Assembly (NCBI GenBank): GCA_963664435.2
Contig: CAXXKM010000003.1
Coordinates: forward strand, 1,024,001 to 1,088,000
Reading direction: 5' to 3'
Source: Longimicrobiales bacterium
Lineage (GTDB): Bacteria > Gemmatimonadota > Gemmatimonadetes > Longimicrobiales > Gaopeijiaceae
DNA: 64,000 nt
Part shown: positions 9,916 through 19,463 of the stretch, in pieces
Position numbering within the stretch: position 1 is the stretch's first letter
Layout: every line of letters starts with the position of its first letter
The notes under the pieces: generated by a model
What the model saw: the letters and a program-made list of their open reading frames with translations, nothing else
Told to the model about the DNA's origin: nothing
Databases searched by the model: none
Made by a program: the position numbers and the translations under genes

Positions 9916-11853
9916 ATGCGGCGCACATCGTACGCTCTCCTGCTCCTCCTGTCCGTCCTCGCCTCCGCCGTCGGCCCACTTGCCGCGCAGGGGGTCGAGG
10001 AGCATCCGGCCGTGGTCATGGGAGGCTTGCCGTTCGTGCTCACCCTTGCGGGCGCGCCCGACGAGTCGAGCTGGTTCGAGGTCCGCGATGCCAGCGGCAC
10101 CCTGCTCCGGTCCGGATCCGTCGACGCAAGCCAGTCGCTGACGGTGCCCGATCTGGTCGTGGAATCGCGGGCGGATCTGCCCCTGGAGGTGCGCGTCGGC
10201 GCGGCCACCGAGACCGTCGCACCCCACTATGCGCCCCCGTGGTACTCCATTGTGCCGCCGCTGGTCGCGATCCTGCTCGCGCTGATCTTCCGCGAGGTGC
10301 TGGCCGCGCTGTTCGCGGGGGTTTGGCTGGGCGCGCTGGCGTACACGGGGTTCAACCCGCTGCTGGCCACCTGGCGCACGGTCGACACCTTCATCGTGCC
10401 CGCGCTGGCCGACGACTCGGGCCAGACGCAGATCGTGGTGTTCTCGCTTCTGCTCGGCGGGATGGTGGGCATCATCGCCCGAAACGGGGGCACGCTCGGC
10501 ATCGTGGAGGCGGTATCGCCGGTCGCCACCACCCCGCGCCGGGGAAAACTCGCCACCTGGCTCGCGGGGCTGACCATCTTCTTCGACGACTACGCCAACA
10601 CCCTCATCGTGGGCACGACCATGCGGCCCATCACCGACCGCCTGCGCATCTCGCGCGAGAAGCTGGCGTACCTGGTCGACTCCACGGCGGCGCCCGTGGC
10701 GGCCATCGTCCCGATCTCGACCTGGGTCGGCTACGAGATCTCGCTCATCGACCAGGGGCTGCAGCTCGCGGCGGAGCAGAATGCGCCCACGAACCCGGAG
10801 CTGGCGGCGTCGCTGGCATCATCGAGCGCCTTCACCGTATTCCTCACCACCATTCCATATCTCTTCTATCCCCTGCTCGCGCTGGTCTTCGTGGCGCTGG
10901 TGAGCTACACCAACCGCGACCTGGGAGAGATGGCCACCGCGGAACGGCGCGCCGCCCGCGGGGAGGGGCTGACGCGGCCCGGTTCGATGCCGGTCACGGA
11001 CACGAGCGACTCCCTCCTGCAGCCGGTCGAGGGTGCGCCCCGCCGCTGGTGGAACGCCGCCCTTCCGGTGATCACGGTTGTCCTCACCGTCCTGATCGGG
11101 TTGTACGTGTCCGGGAGCGCGGTGACCGGCCCGGGCGCGTCGCTGATGGACGTGCTGGGGCAGGCCGACCCGTATGCCACCCTGCTGTGGGGTTCGCTGG
11201 CGGGGTGCCTGGTGGCCATGGCGCTTTCGCTCGCGCAGCGCATCCTCACCCTGCAGGAGACGTTGTCGGCGGTGGTCGCGGGAATGAAGGCGATGATGAC
11301 CGCGATGCTGGTGCTCATCCTGGCGTGGTCTCTGGGCGCGATCACCGGCGAGATCGGGACGGCCGCCTTCCTGGCGCAGCTCCTGGGAGACTCCATTCCC
11401 TTCCAGATGATACCTGCTCTCGTATTCGTCACGGCGGCGGCGATGGCCTTCGCGACCGGGACCTCGTGGGCCACGATGGCCATCCTCATTCCACTGGTGA
11501 TCCCGCTCACCATCACGCTCGGGGGCGGCGTCGGCTTCGACGGAGGCACCGGCCAGGTGGTGCTGCTGGGCGCGACCGCTTCGGTGCTGGCGGGCGCCAT
11601 CTTCGGGGACCACTGCTCGCCCATCTCCGACACGACGGTGTTGTCGTCCACCGCCTCCGGCTGCGATCACGTCGATCACGTGCGCACGCAGCTGCCGTAC
11701 GCCCTGCTGGTGGGTGTCGTGGGCATCCTGCTCGGCAATATCGGCACCGCATACGGTCTGCCGCCCTGGATGGCGCTGCTGCTCGGCGTAGCCGTACTGT
11801 GGGGCGTCCTGCGGTTCTGGGGAAGGTCCACCGAAGCAGAGGCGGCGGGATAG
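9916..11853 (+). CDS. Na+/H+ antiporter NhaC-family transporter with an N-terminal exported extension
   Basis: IFFDDYAN, SREKLAYLVDSTAAP, FATGTSWAT, GAIFGDHCSPISDTT, HVRTQLPYA. Confidence 0.9.
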   Translation: MRRTSYALLLLLSVLASAVGPLAAQGVEEHPAVVMGGLPFVLTLAGAPDESSWFEVRDASGTLLRSGSVDASQSLTVPDLVVESRADLPLEVRVGAATETVAPHYAPPWYSIVPPLVAILLALIFREVLAALFAGVWLGALAYTGFNPLLATWRTVDTFIVPALADDSGQTQIVVFSLLLGGMVGIIARNGGTLGIVEAVSPVATTPRRGKLATWLAGLTIFFDDYANTLIVGTTMRPITDRLRISREKLAYLVDSTAAPVAAIVPISTWVGYEISLIDQGLQLAAEQNAPTNPELAASLASSSAFTVFLTTIPYLFYPLLALVFVALVSYTNRDLGEMATAERRAARGEGLTRPGSMPVTDTSDSLLQPVEGAPRRWWNAALPVITVVLTVLIGLYVSGSAVTGPGASLMDVLGQADPYATLLWGSLAGCLVAMALSLAQRILTLQETLSAVVAGMKAMMTAMLVLILAWSLGAITGEIGTAAFLAQLLGDSIPFQMIPALVFVTAAAMAFATGTSWATMAILIPLVIPLTITLGGGVGFDGGTGQVVLLGATASVLAGAIFGDHCSPISDTTVLSSTASGCDHVDHVRTQLPYALLVGVVGILLGNIGTAYGLPPWMALLLGVAVLWGVLRFWGRSTEAEAAG

Positions 11854-11915
11854 CGGATCGCGGGCTCGAATCGGAGCAGGCTCCGGCGGGATCGGACTAG
11901 TTTAGCTAACTTGAC

Positions 11916-12440
11916 TTAGTCAGATATCTGGCGGCGCGCCCTGAAGAATGACCGCAGCAGTTCCCCCGAGGGCTCGGCCAGCACGCCGACCGTCAGCTCG
12001 ACGGAGTGATTGAGACGAGGGTCCTGGACCAGGTTGTGGAGGCTGCCCGCCATCCCCGCCTTGGGGTCGGGGGCGCCGTAGACCAGGCGCGCAACCCGCG
12101 CCAGGACGATCGCGCCGGCGCACTGGGCACAGGGCTCCAGGGTGACGAAAAGGGTTGCGCCGGGGAGGATCCGGAGCCCAAGCCTGCGGGCCGCGGCGCG
12201 CAGCACCACGACTTCCGCGTGCGCCGTTGGGTCCGTATCGGCGCGCGTCCGGTTGTGCCCCTCGGCCACGACGCGGCCATCCATCACCAGCACGGCTCCC
12301 ACCGGCACTTCGGAACGGGCTTCCGCGAGCCGCGCCATCTCCAGGGCACGGGCCATGAACGTGCGGTCTCCGGGCCGGAAGGCGCTCGCCCCCCGGGAAG
12401 AGCGGACAGCCCCTGGACAGCTAGCGGTGCTGCCGGTCAC
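11916..12440 (-). CDS. tadA: tRNA adenosine(34) deaminase (start uncertain, 12356-12440)
   Basis: EVPVGAVLV, DPTAHAE, TLEPCAQCAGAI, DPKAG, LNH, FFRARR. Confidence 0.93.
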   Translation of the reverse strand: MTGSTASCPGAVRSSRGASAFRPGDRTFMARALEMARLAEARSEVPVGAVLVMDGRVVAEGHNRTRADTDPTAHAEVVVLRAAARRLGLRILPGATLFVTLEPCAQCAGAIVLARVARLVYGAPDPKAGMAGSLHNLVQDPRLNHSVELTVGVLAEPSGELLRSFFRARRQISD

Positions 12441-13152
12441 GCCTCCCGCGTCCTTCGCGCGCATCGGCGATTCGCCGGGAACTTCGGCGCCAGCGGCGGC
12501 CCGGAGGCGGGTCACCGGATGCGTCCGGGCCGGGGCCATCTCCCACGCTCCGCAGGAGGGCCGCCACCCTGCCGGCGACGGCCAGGTCCTCCAAGTGCAT
12601 CGCGGGAATGCCGGGGGCGGCTGATGAACCGGGATGCAGGACTTCGCCGGCCTGGTCGTAGCGGTAGAAACCCGCCCCGTCGGTCAGATGCACGGCCAGA
12701 ACGTCGCCATCGCGGATTTCATGCGCGAGGAGGGGCTGCACCAGCAGGAGATCGCCGTCTCCATATCCCAGCGCGCCGGCCTCGTCGCCCGATATCCTGA
12801 CGAAGAACGAACCCGCCCTGCCGGCCAGGCGGCGGTCGATGGCGTAGGATTGCGCCGACTCCTCCTCCTCGACATCGCCTCGGCGGTGTGGAATCCGCGA
12901 ATGGCAGGGCACCGAGAGAGTCTCGGCGTGCAGGTCGAGGCCAACGATGCGCGCGCCTCGGGAGCGGGACGGGTCGCGCTCCAGGTATCCCTTGGCGGCG
13001 AGTGCCTTGAGGTGTTCGGAGACGGTCTTGGTGCTCTTGATGCCGAATCTCGCCCCGATCTCGCGAACCGACGGTTGATAGGTATGCCGGCGCAGATAGG
13101 ACTCCATGTAGTCCAGTATGCCGCGCTCGATCTCGTTTGGAGGTGGGAGCAT
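12421..13152 (-). CDS. LexA-like repressor with a degenerate peptidase S24 domain
   Basis: wHTH: ILDYMESY...YQPSVREIGARFGIKSTKTVSEHLKALAAKGYLERDPSRSRG; the C-domain lacks the AG site, the GDSM Ser and the catalytic Lys. Confidence 0.8.
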   Translation of the reverse strand: MLPPPNEIERGILDYMESYLRRHTYQPSVREIGARFGIKSTKTVSEHLKALAAKGYLERDPSRSRGARIVGLDLHAETLSVPCHSRIPHRRGDVEEEESAQSYAIDRRLAGRAGSFFVRISGDEAGALGYGDGDLLLVQPLLAHEIRDGDVLAVHLTDGAGFYRYDQAGEVLHPGSSAAPGIPAMHLEDLAVAGRVAALLRSVGDGPGPDASGDPPPGRRWRRSSRRIADAREGRGRRDRQHR

Positions 13153-13475
13153 GGACAGTGTTTCGGCGAGTCCGTCGATTCCGTTGGCTGGTCCGCCGAT
13201 CGACTCCGCGGCCGACCGGAAGGGGAGAAATACTAGGCCGGGCAGGGGTGGAGAGCAAGCACGGAATCCCGTATTGCCATGGCCGCGCCCGCGCCTCCTC
13301 GCCACCTTGTTCCAATCGCGCCGATCGGCAACCCTTCGACCGGATCCGTTCGTCAAAACGTCATGGTGTCAGATCATTGGAGCGTAGTGTGGTGTATGGC
13401 TCTCAGTGAACCTGTCGGCACCCCGAATCCCTCGGGCAACCGCCCATCAGCCAGCGATCTGAAGGAATCCGGCCC

Positions 13476-14678
13476 ATGAGCTTTTCGAAGACGACGCTGG
13501 GAGTCACAACCGTCGTGATCATCGCGGTCTTGCTCGGCGGCGGCATTTATCTGCGGTTGCGCCCGGCTCCCGCGGACGAGGATGCCGCAACCCCCTCCGA
13601 AGCGACGACGCTCGAGGTGCCGGATGCCTCCCTTGCGAGCTTTGCGCGGCGCGCCCAGCCGGTGACCGGTGCGCGCGTGCACCGCGATACGCTCTGGATC
13701 AGGATCACGGCTTCGGGGATGGCGGCCGCGTTCCGTCGCGCCACCCTTGTGGCTCGCGTGGCCGGCCAGGTGCGGGACGTCAGGGTGCGCGAGAACGATC
13801 CGGTCGATTCCGATGCCTTCCTCATCCAGATCGACACCACCGAGTACGCGCTGGCGCTGGCGCGGGCCAACAGCACGCTCACCGGGGCCCAGGCCGACTA
13901 CGAGCAGATCGTGCTCTTCGACGACGAAATCGCCGATCCCGAGGTGCGCGCGGAGCGGGCGCGCGTCGCTCGCTCCCGCAGCGGTCTGGATGATGCCATG
14001 GTGAGCGTTCGCCAGGCGGAGCTGGAACTCTCGTGGACGCGAATCAGCGCTCCCTTCGCGGGCCGGGTCGCCGACCTGCGGGTCGTGCCGGCCCAGTTCG
14101 TGGCCCAGGGCGACGAGTTGGTCACCGTCGTGGAGCTGGACCCCATCAAGGTCGAAGCCCAGGTGCTGGAGGGCGAAATCGGGCTCCTGGAGGAGGGCCG
14201 GCGCGCCACCATGACCTTCGCCGCGTTCCCGGGCGAAACCTTCACCGGCACGGTGGAGACCATCAACCCGGTTATCGACCTCGAGACCCGCTCGGCGCGC
14301 GTGACCGTGTTGCTCCCGAACCCCGGCGGCAGGATCAAACCCGGCATGTACGCGAGCGTATCGCTGGACGCGCAGCACTTCACCGAGCGCATCCTGGTCC
14401 CGCGCTCCGCGGTGCTCGAGCGCGACCGGCGCACCATGCTTTTCGTCTTCAACGAGGAGGAGGGGGAAATCGGCCGCACCGAGTGGCGCTACGTCACCAC
14501 CGGGCTCGAAAACGACCAGGTGGTCGAAATCCTGGAGAACCCGGAGACCTCGATGGTCGATCCCGGAGAGATCGTGCTCGTGGATGGCCACCACTTCCTC
14601 GGGCACGACGCCGCCGTCCAGCTCGCTGAAGGAGACATGCCCGCTGGCGCAGCACCTGCCGCCGGGTCGGAACGATGA
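13476..14678 (+). CDS. RND efflux membrane fusion protein
   Basis: N-terminal TM anchor, lipoyl/hairpin pattern, ISAPFAGRV, INPVIDLETRS, IKPGMYA. Confidence 0.92.
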   Translation: MSFSKTTLGVTTVVIIAVLLGGGIYLRLRPAPADEDAATPSEATTLEVPDASLASFARRAQPVTGARVHRDTLWIRITASGMAAAFRRATLVARVAGQVRDVRVRENDPVDSDAFLIQIDTTEYALALARANSTLTGAQADYEQIVLFDDEIADPEVRAERARVARSRSGLDDAMVSVRQAELELSWTRISAPFAGRVADLRVVPAQFVAQGDELVTVVELDPIKVEAQVLEGEIGLLEEGRRATMTFAAFPGETFTGTVETINPVIDLETRSARVTVLLPNPGGRIKPGMYASVSLDAQHFTERILVPRSAVLERDRRTMLFVFNEEEGEIGRTEWRYVTTGLENDQVVEILENPETSMVDPGEIVLVDGHHFLGHDAAVQLAEGDMPAGAAPAAGSER

Positions 14679-16045
14679 GCCGCCGTGGGACGCTGTTCCG
14701 GCGCGGCATCCTCGCCGCACTGCTGGCGACGGCTCCGCTAGAAGCACAGGAGCCGCAGGTCCTCTCGCTTGAAGAAGCTCTGGAGCTGGCGAGACAGAAC
14801 AATCCCCTGCTGCGCCAGGCCATCAACGAGCTGGAGCTGACGCCGGCCGGGATGCGGGCGGCGTGGGGGGCCTTCCTGCCGTCTCTCTCTCTGGACTACG
14901 GCACCAGCATGACCCTCAACCGGCGGCTTCAAGCCGAGGATTTCTTCGGCAATCCGATCGCCAACCCGAACGTGGAGTGGGCAACCACTTCCTCGTCGAA
15001 CCAGAGCCTGTCCGTCAACGTCGATCTTTTCGAGGGCGGCAGCCGGTTTCACCAGCGGGGAGCCGAGCGCGCCCGCGGCGTCGCCCGGGAGCGGAGAGTC
15101 GAAGCCGAGTTGACCGACACCTTTGCACGCGTCTCCAACAGCTTCTACGAGACCCTCCGGCAGTCGGACCTTCTGGAACTGGAGCTGGCGATCCTGGAGG
15201 GCAAGCGACTCGATTTCGAAAGCACGCGCAGGCTCTTTGAGCTCGCCGTCAGTACGCAGGTCGACGTGCTGGCCGCGGAGTTGGAAATGCAGCAGCAGGA
15301 GCGAGCGGTTCGCGAGGCGGAAAACGAACACGCCAAGGCCTTGCTCACGTTGCGCGCTGAGATCGCCGCGCCGGCCATGGGCGAATTCACGACCCGCGGC
15401 ACCGCATCGGAACCGTTCGGCCCCGAAGCTCTCGATGAAGCGGCGCTCATCACCCGTGCCTTGGAGCTGAGTCCCCGTCTCCGGCAGCGTCGGGCGGAAG
15501 TGGACGCCGGGCGCGCCACGTTGAGTTCGCAGCGGAGTACGCGCTGGCCGACGGTCCGCCTGGGAACCAGCTTCTACCAGAGCGCCCACGGTCAGGAGTT
15601 TGCGGCCGCCTTCGACCCCTTTTCGCAGAATTCCCGCTACGCCCAGGCGCGGTTGAATCTTTCGATTCCAGTCTTCACGGGCTTCTCCACCGAGCGCAAC
15701 ATCGTCGAAGCCCAGGTTCAGCTGGCCAATGCCGAGGAGCAGATGCGCCAGAACCGCATGGAGATCGAGCGGGATGTGCGCTCCCGCCTCATCGACCTTC
15801 GCGGCGCCTGGGACAGCTACCGGCTGGCGGAACGATCGAGCGAGATCGCGGAAGAGCGCCTCAGGCTGGCGCGGGAGGGATACCGCCTGACAACGGTCAC
15901 CTTCCCCGACCTGCAACTCGCGATCGAGGGAGCGGCCAACGAACGGCGCACCGCGATCAACGCCCGCTACGACTTCGTCGCCGCCCGCATCGCCCTCGAA
16001 CAGGTTGTGGGCGGGCCGCTCGACGGCGGCACCCCGCTTCCCTGA
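14675..16045 (+). CDS. TolC-family outer membrane efflux protein
   Basis: LSLEEALELARQNNP, AFLPSLSL, LNLSIPVFTGF, coiled-coil repeats. Confidence 0.9.
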   Translation: MSRRGTLFRRGILAALLATAPLEAQEPQVLSLEEALELARQNNPLLRQAINELELTPAGMRAAWGAFLPSLSLDYGTSMTLNRRLQAEDFFGNPIANPNVEWATTSSSNQSLSVNVDLFEGGSRFHQRGAERARGVARERRVEAELTDTFARVSNSFYETLRQSDLLELELAILEGKRLDFESTRRLFELAVSTQVDVLAAELEMQQQERAVREAENEHAKALLTLRAEIAAPAMGEFTTRGTASEPFGPEALDEAALITRALELSPRLRQRRAEVDAGRATLSSQRSTRWPTVRLGTSFYQSAHGQEFAAAFDPFSQNSRYAQARLNLSIPVFTGFSTERNIVEAQVQLANAEEQMRQNRMEIERDVRSRLIDLRGAWDSYRLAERSSEIAEERLRLAREGYRLTTVTFPDLQLAIEGAANERRTAINARYDFVAARIALEQVVGGPLDGGTPLP

Positions 16046-16112
16046 CGCATGTCGATCCCCGGTCCCCGACGCATGTCGATTCCCGGTCCCTGACGAATGT
16101 CGATTCCCCGCA
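16041..16112 (+). repeat. 24-bp imperfect tandem repeat x3 covering the tolC stop / RND start junction
   Basis: CCTGACGCATGTCGATCCCCGGTC, CCCGACGCATGTCGATTCCCGGTC, CCTGACGAATGTCGATTCCCCGCA. Confidence 0.9.
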
Positions 16113-19100
16113 TCTCGACTCGGCGGCCCGTCGCCGTGGCCATGCTCTTCCTGGCCATCTCCCTGCTGGGAATCATCTCCTTCCTGCGGCTGCCCATCGA
16201 CCTTCTGCCCGACGTGAGCTACCCGCGCCTGGTGGTCTATACGACCTATCCCGATGTGGCGCCGGCGGAGGTGGAGCGGCTCATCACCGAGCTGGTGGAG
16301 GCCCAGGGGGCGGCGGTGCCGGGGGTCGAGAAGGTGACGTCGGTGTCGCGCGACGGGGTGAGCCTGGTGACGCTGCGCTTCGCCTGGGGCACGGACATGG
16401 ACTTCGCCATGCTCAACGTGCGCGAGCGCGTCGACAACATCCGCGAGTTCCTTCCCGAAACCTCGGAGCGGCCGCGCATCCTGCGCATCGATCCCGAATC
16501 CGAGCCCATCATGGTGCTCTCGGTGGCCGGAGGCACCGACTTGTGGGCGACCAAGGACTTCGTGGAGACGGTCTTCCGGCGCAGGCTGGAGCAGCTCGAC
16601 GGGGTGGCGCAGGCGGCGGTTACGGGCGGGCTTGACCGGGAGATCCAGGTGGAGGTGGATCCCGACCTGCTGCTCTCGTACGGGCTTGAGATGGAGGAAG
16701 TGGCGGTCGCGCTCGCCCGGGCCAACTTCTCCGCCCCGGGAGGATCCATCCTGCGCGGACGCTACCGCTACCCGCTCCGCACCCTGGGCGAGTTCCAGAC
16801 CGTCGACCAGATCGGGCAGGTGGTGGTGGGACGCCAGCAGACCGAGACGGGGGCAGAGCAGGAGAGCGAGGGCGGCTACCGGCTGGTGAGGCTGGACGAC
16901 GTGGCGCGGGTGGTGGACGGATTCGCCGACCGCGAGTCCATCGCGCGCTACAACGGCGCCGAGGCCGTGGGGCTGCTGGTGTACAAGGAGTCCGGTGCGA
17001 ACACGGTGGCGGTGGCCGACCAGATCGAAGGGGCGCTCGGGATCCTGGCGCTCGAGTTTCCCGACATCACCGTGGACATCGCCTACTCCCAGGCGGGGTT
17101 CATCTCCGATTCCATCAGCAACGTCGTGCAGGCCCTGGTGTTCGGAGGCATGCTGGCCTTCCTGGTGCTGTTCTTCTTCCTGCGCGATCCGCGCTACCCC
17201 TTCGCCATTGCGCTCGCGATCCCGATCTCCGTGGTGGGCGCCTTCGCGCTGATGGAGGCGTTCGGGGTCTCGCTGAACATCATGAGCCTGGGGGGGATGG
17301 CGCTCGGGGTGGGCATGCTGGTCGACAACTCCATCATCGTGCTCGAGAACATCTTCCGGCACCGGGAGCAGGGTGTTCCCTCGGTGGAGGCGTCGGCGCT
17401 CGGGGGCGAGGAGGTGCAGGGAGCGATCACGGCTTCGACCCTCACCACCATCTCGGTATTCGGACCGATCATCTACATCGAGGGGGTGGCGGGCGAGCTG
17501 TTCGGCGACCTGTCGCTGGCGGTGGCCTTCTCCCTGCTGGCCAGCCTGCTGGTGGCGCTGACCCTGCTGCCGGGGATGGCGGCGCGCTTCGTGGACCGGA
17601 AAAGGGTGTCCGACCGGCCTGAGCGGGCGAAGCCGGGGCGGCGGCCGGGGCGTCTGGCGAGGATCGGGCGGGCGTGCCTGTGGGTCGTGGCGCTTCCCTT
17701 CCGGCTGATCGCGGGAGCATTCGCGCTGGGACGCGCGCTGGCGGTCTTCTGGTGGGAGGGGGTGGCGGGGGTGTGCGGGCGACTGTTCGGGCCGCTGCTC
17801 ACCGCCTTCGACCGCGGGTTCCAGCGCTTCGCCGACCGCTATCACCAGCTTCTTGAAGTATCGCTCGATCACCGCGGGCGGGTGCTGGCCATCTCCGGGG
17901 CCGCGCTGGCGGCCACGCTGGCGCTCGCGCTCGCCCTGGACCGGGACCTGCTCCCGGACGTCGACCAGGGCGGGTTCCGGGTGCGCCTCGAGCTGCCGGA
18001 GGGGACGGGGTTGCCCGCAACCGCGCTGGCGGTGGAGGAGATCGAACGGGCGCTTCAGGGCGACCCCGGCGTCGAGACCGTCTTTTCCCGCGTGGGCGAG
18101 GACGTGCGCTCCTACATGGAGAGCGAGGAGACCTCGGGCGCGCACACGGGCAACCTCGAAGTGCGCCTGAATCCGGGGAGCGCCACGGGCGAGGTGCTGG
18201 AGCGGGCGCGCGAGGTGGAGGCTCGTTTCCCGCCGGGAACGCTGGCCTTCGAGGCCGGCCAGGCGACCGCGCTGGGCCAGGTGCTGGGTGGTGCCGACGC
18301 CGACATCGCGGTGCGCATCCGGGGTGAAAACCTGGAGGAGAGCTACGCCTACGCCGAGACCGTACGCGAAGAGCTGTCGACGCTGGCGGAGATCGGCAAC
18401 GTGCGGGTGGGCACCGGACGCGGACAGCCCCAGGTCCAGGTCGAGATACTGCGCGACGTGGCTGCGCGCCACAACATCGATCCGCGCCTCATCGCCGAGG
18501 AGATCGAGCGCGCCATGCGCGGCGACCGGGCCACCGAGTTCGTCGACTTCGACCGAAAGATCGACGTGGTGGTCAGGCTGCCCGACGCCCTGCGCTTCTC
18601 CGCCGAGACGCTCGAGACCCTGCAGGTGCGTGGCGTGCCGCTGCGCGAGCTGGTCAACGTCCGCGAAGCGGTGGGCCCGGCGGAGATCCACCGCGAGGAC
18701 CAGGGACGCGTGGTCACCGTCTACGCCGACGTGATCTCCGGCGGCCTCAACCGCGCGATCGCCACGGTGGATCGCGAGCTGGCCATGCTTCCGCCGCCCT
18801 TCAACGTGCGCGTCGACGTCGGCGGCGAGAACGAGGAGATGCGCCGCTCGTTCCGCGACCTCGCCTTCGCCTTCGGGCTCGCGCTGGTGCTCGTGTACAT
18901 GATCCTGGCGGCGCAGTTCGAGTCCTTCAAACATCCGCTGACCATCCTCATTTCGGTGCCGCTCGCGCTGTCGGGCGCGGTGCTGGCGCTCGCGCTTGCC
19001 GGCCAGAGCCTGAACACCATGAGCCTGATCGGGGTGGTCATCCTGGTGGGCATCGTGGTCAACGACGCGATCGTGAAGGTGGAATTCATCAACCAGGCGC

Positions 19101-19402
19101 GGACCCGCGGGTCCGCGCTGCGGGATGCGATTCTGGAAGCCGGGAAGGTGCGCCTGAGACCCATCGTCATGACCACGGTGACCACCGTCTGCGGGCTCAC
19201 GCCGCTGGCGCTGGGCATCGGGCGCGGGGCCGACCTTCGTGCCCCGCTCGCCATCGCGGTGATCGGGGGGCTGGTGGTGGCCACGGCGCTCACCCTCATC
19301 GTCGTGCCGGTGGTGTACTCCGTGGTGGAGAGCGGCCACGCGCGTCTCCGCGGCAAAGCTCGCGCGCCGCGCGCCGCCCGGGCCGCGGAGGTGATCCCGT
19401 GA
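16097..19402 (+). CDS. RND efflux transporter permease subunit 1 (AcrB/MdtB-like)
   Basis: RRPVAVAM, LPIDLLP, GMLVDNSIIVLENI, ILAAQFES, GIVVNDAI, RLRPIVMTT. Confidence 0.95.
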   Translation: MSIPRISTRRPVAVAMLFLAISLLGIISFLRLPIDLLPDVSYPRLVVYTTYPDVAPAEVERLITELVEAQGAAVPGVEKVTSVSRDGVSLVTLRFAWGTDMDFAMLNVRERVDNIREFLPETSERPRILRIDPESEPIMVLSVAGGTDLWATKDFVETVFRRRLEQLDGVAQAAVTGGLDREIQVEVDPDLLLSYGLEMEEVAVALARANFSAPGGSILRGRYRYPLRTLGEFQTVDQIGQVVVGRQQTETGAEQESEGGYRLVRLDDVARVVDGFADRESIARYNGAEAVGLLVYKESGANTVAVADQIEGALGILALEFPDITVDIAYSQAGFISDSISNVVQALVFGGMLAFLVLFFFLRDPRYPFAIALAIPISVVGAFALMEAFGVSLNIMSLGGMALGVGMLVDNSIIVLENIFRHREQGVPSVEASALGGEEVQGAITASTLTTISVFGPIIYIEGVAGELFGDLSLAVAFSLLASLLVALTLLPGMAARFVDRKRVSDRPERAKPGRRPGRLARIGRACLWVVALPFRLIAGAFALGRALAVFWWEGVAGVCGRLFGPLLTAFDRGFQRFADRYHQLLEVSLDHRGRVLAISGAALAATLALALALDRDLLPDVDQGGFRVRLELPEGTGLPATALAVEEIERALQGDPGVETVFSRVGEDVRSYMESEETSGAHTGNLEVRLNPGSATGEVLERAREVEARFPPGTLAFEAGQATALGQVLGGADADIAVRIRGENLEESYAYAETVREELSTLAEIGNVRVGTGRGQPQVQVEILRDVAARHNIDPRLIAEEIERAMRGDRATEFVDFDRKIDVVVRLPDALRFSAETLETLQVRGVPLRELVNVREAVGPAEIHREDQGRVVTVYADVISGGLNRAIATVDRELAMLPPPFNVRVDVGGENEEMRRSFRDLAFAFGLALVLVYMILAAQFESFKHPLTILISVPLALSGAVLALALAGQSLNTMSLIGVVILVGIVVNDAIVKVEFINQARTRGSALRDAILEAGKVRLRPIVMTTVTTVCGLTPLALGIGRGADLRAPLAIAVIGGLVVATALTLIVVPVVYSVVESGHARLRGKARAPRAARAAEVIP

Positions 19403-19463
19403 CCGGCGTCGGCGGCTCCGGGCGGACCGGCGCAATGCCGCGCCCGGCGGTGGAGGTGGCGCG

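Noticed and set aside
13153..13475. SOS box upstream of the lexA-like gene
   Set aside because: No convincing palindrome or known LexA motif found by eye
16041..16112. CRISPR array (also considered at 27568-27610 and 62093-62193)
   Set aside because: Repeats are contiguous with no unique spacers and there are no cas genes
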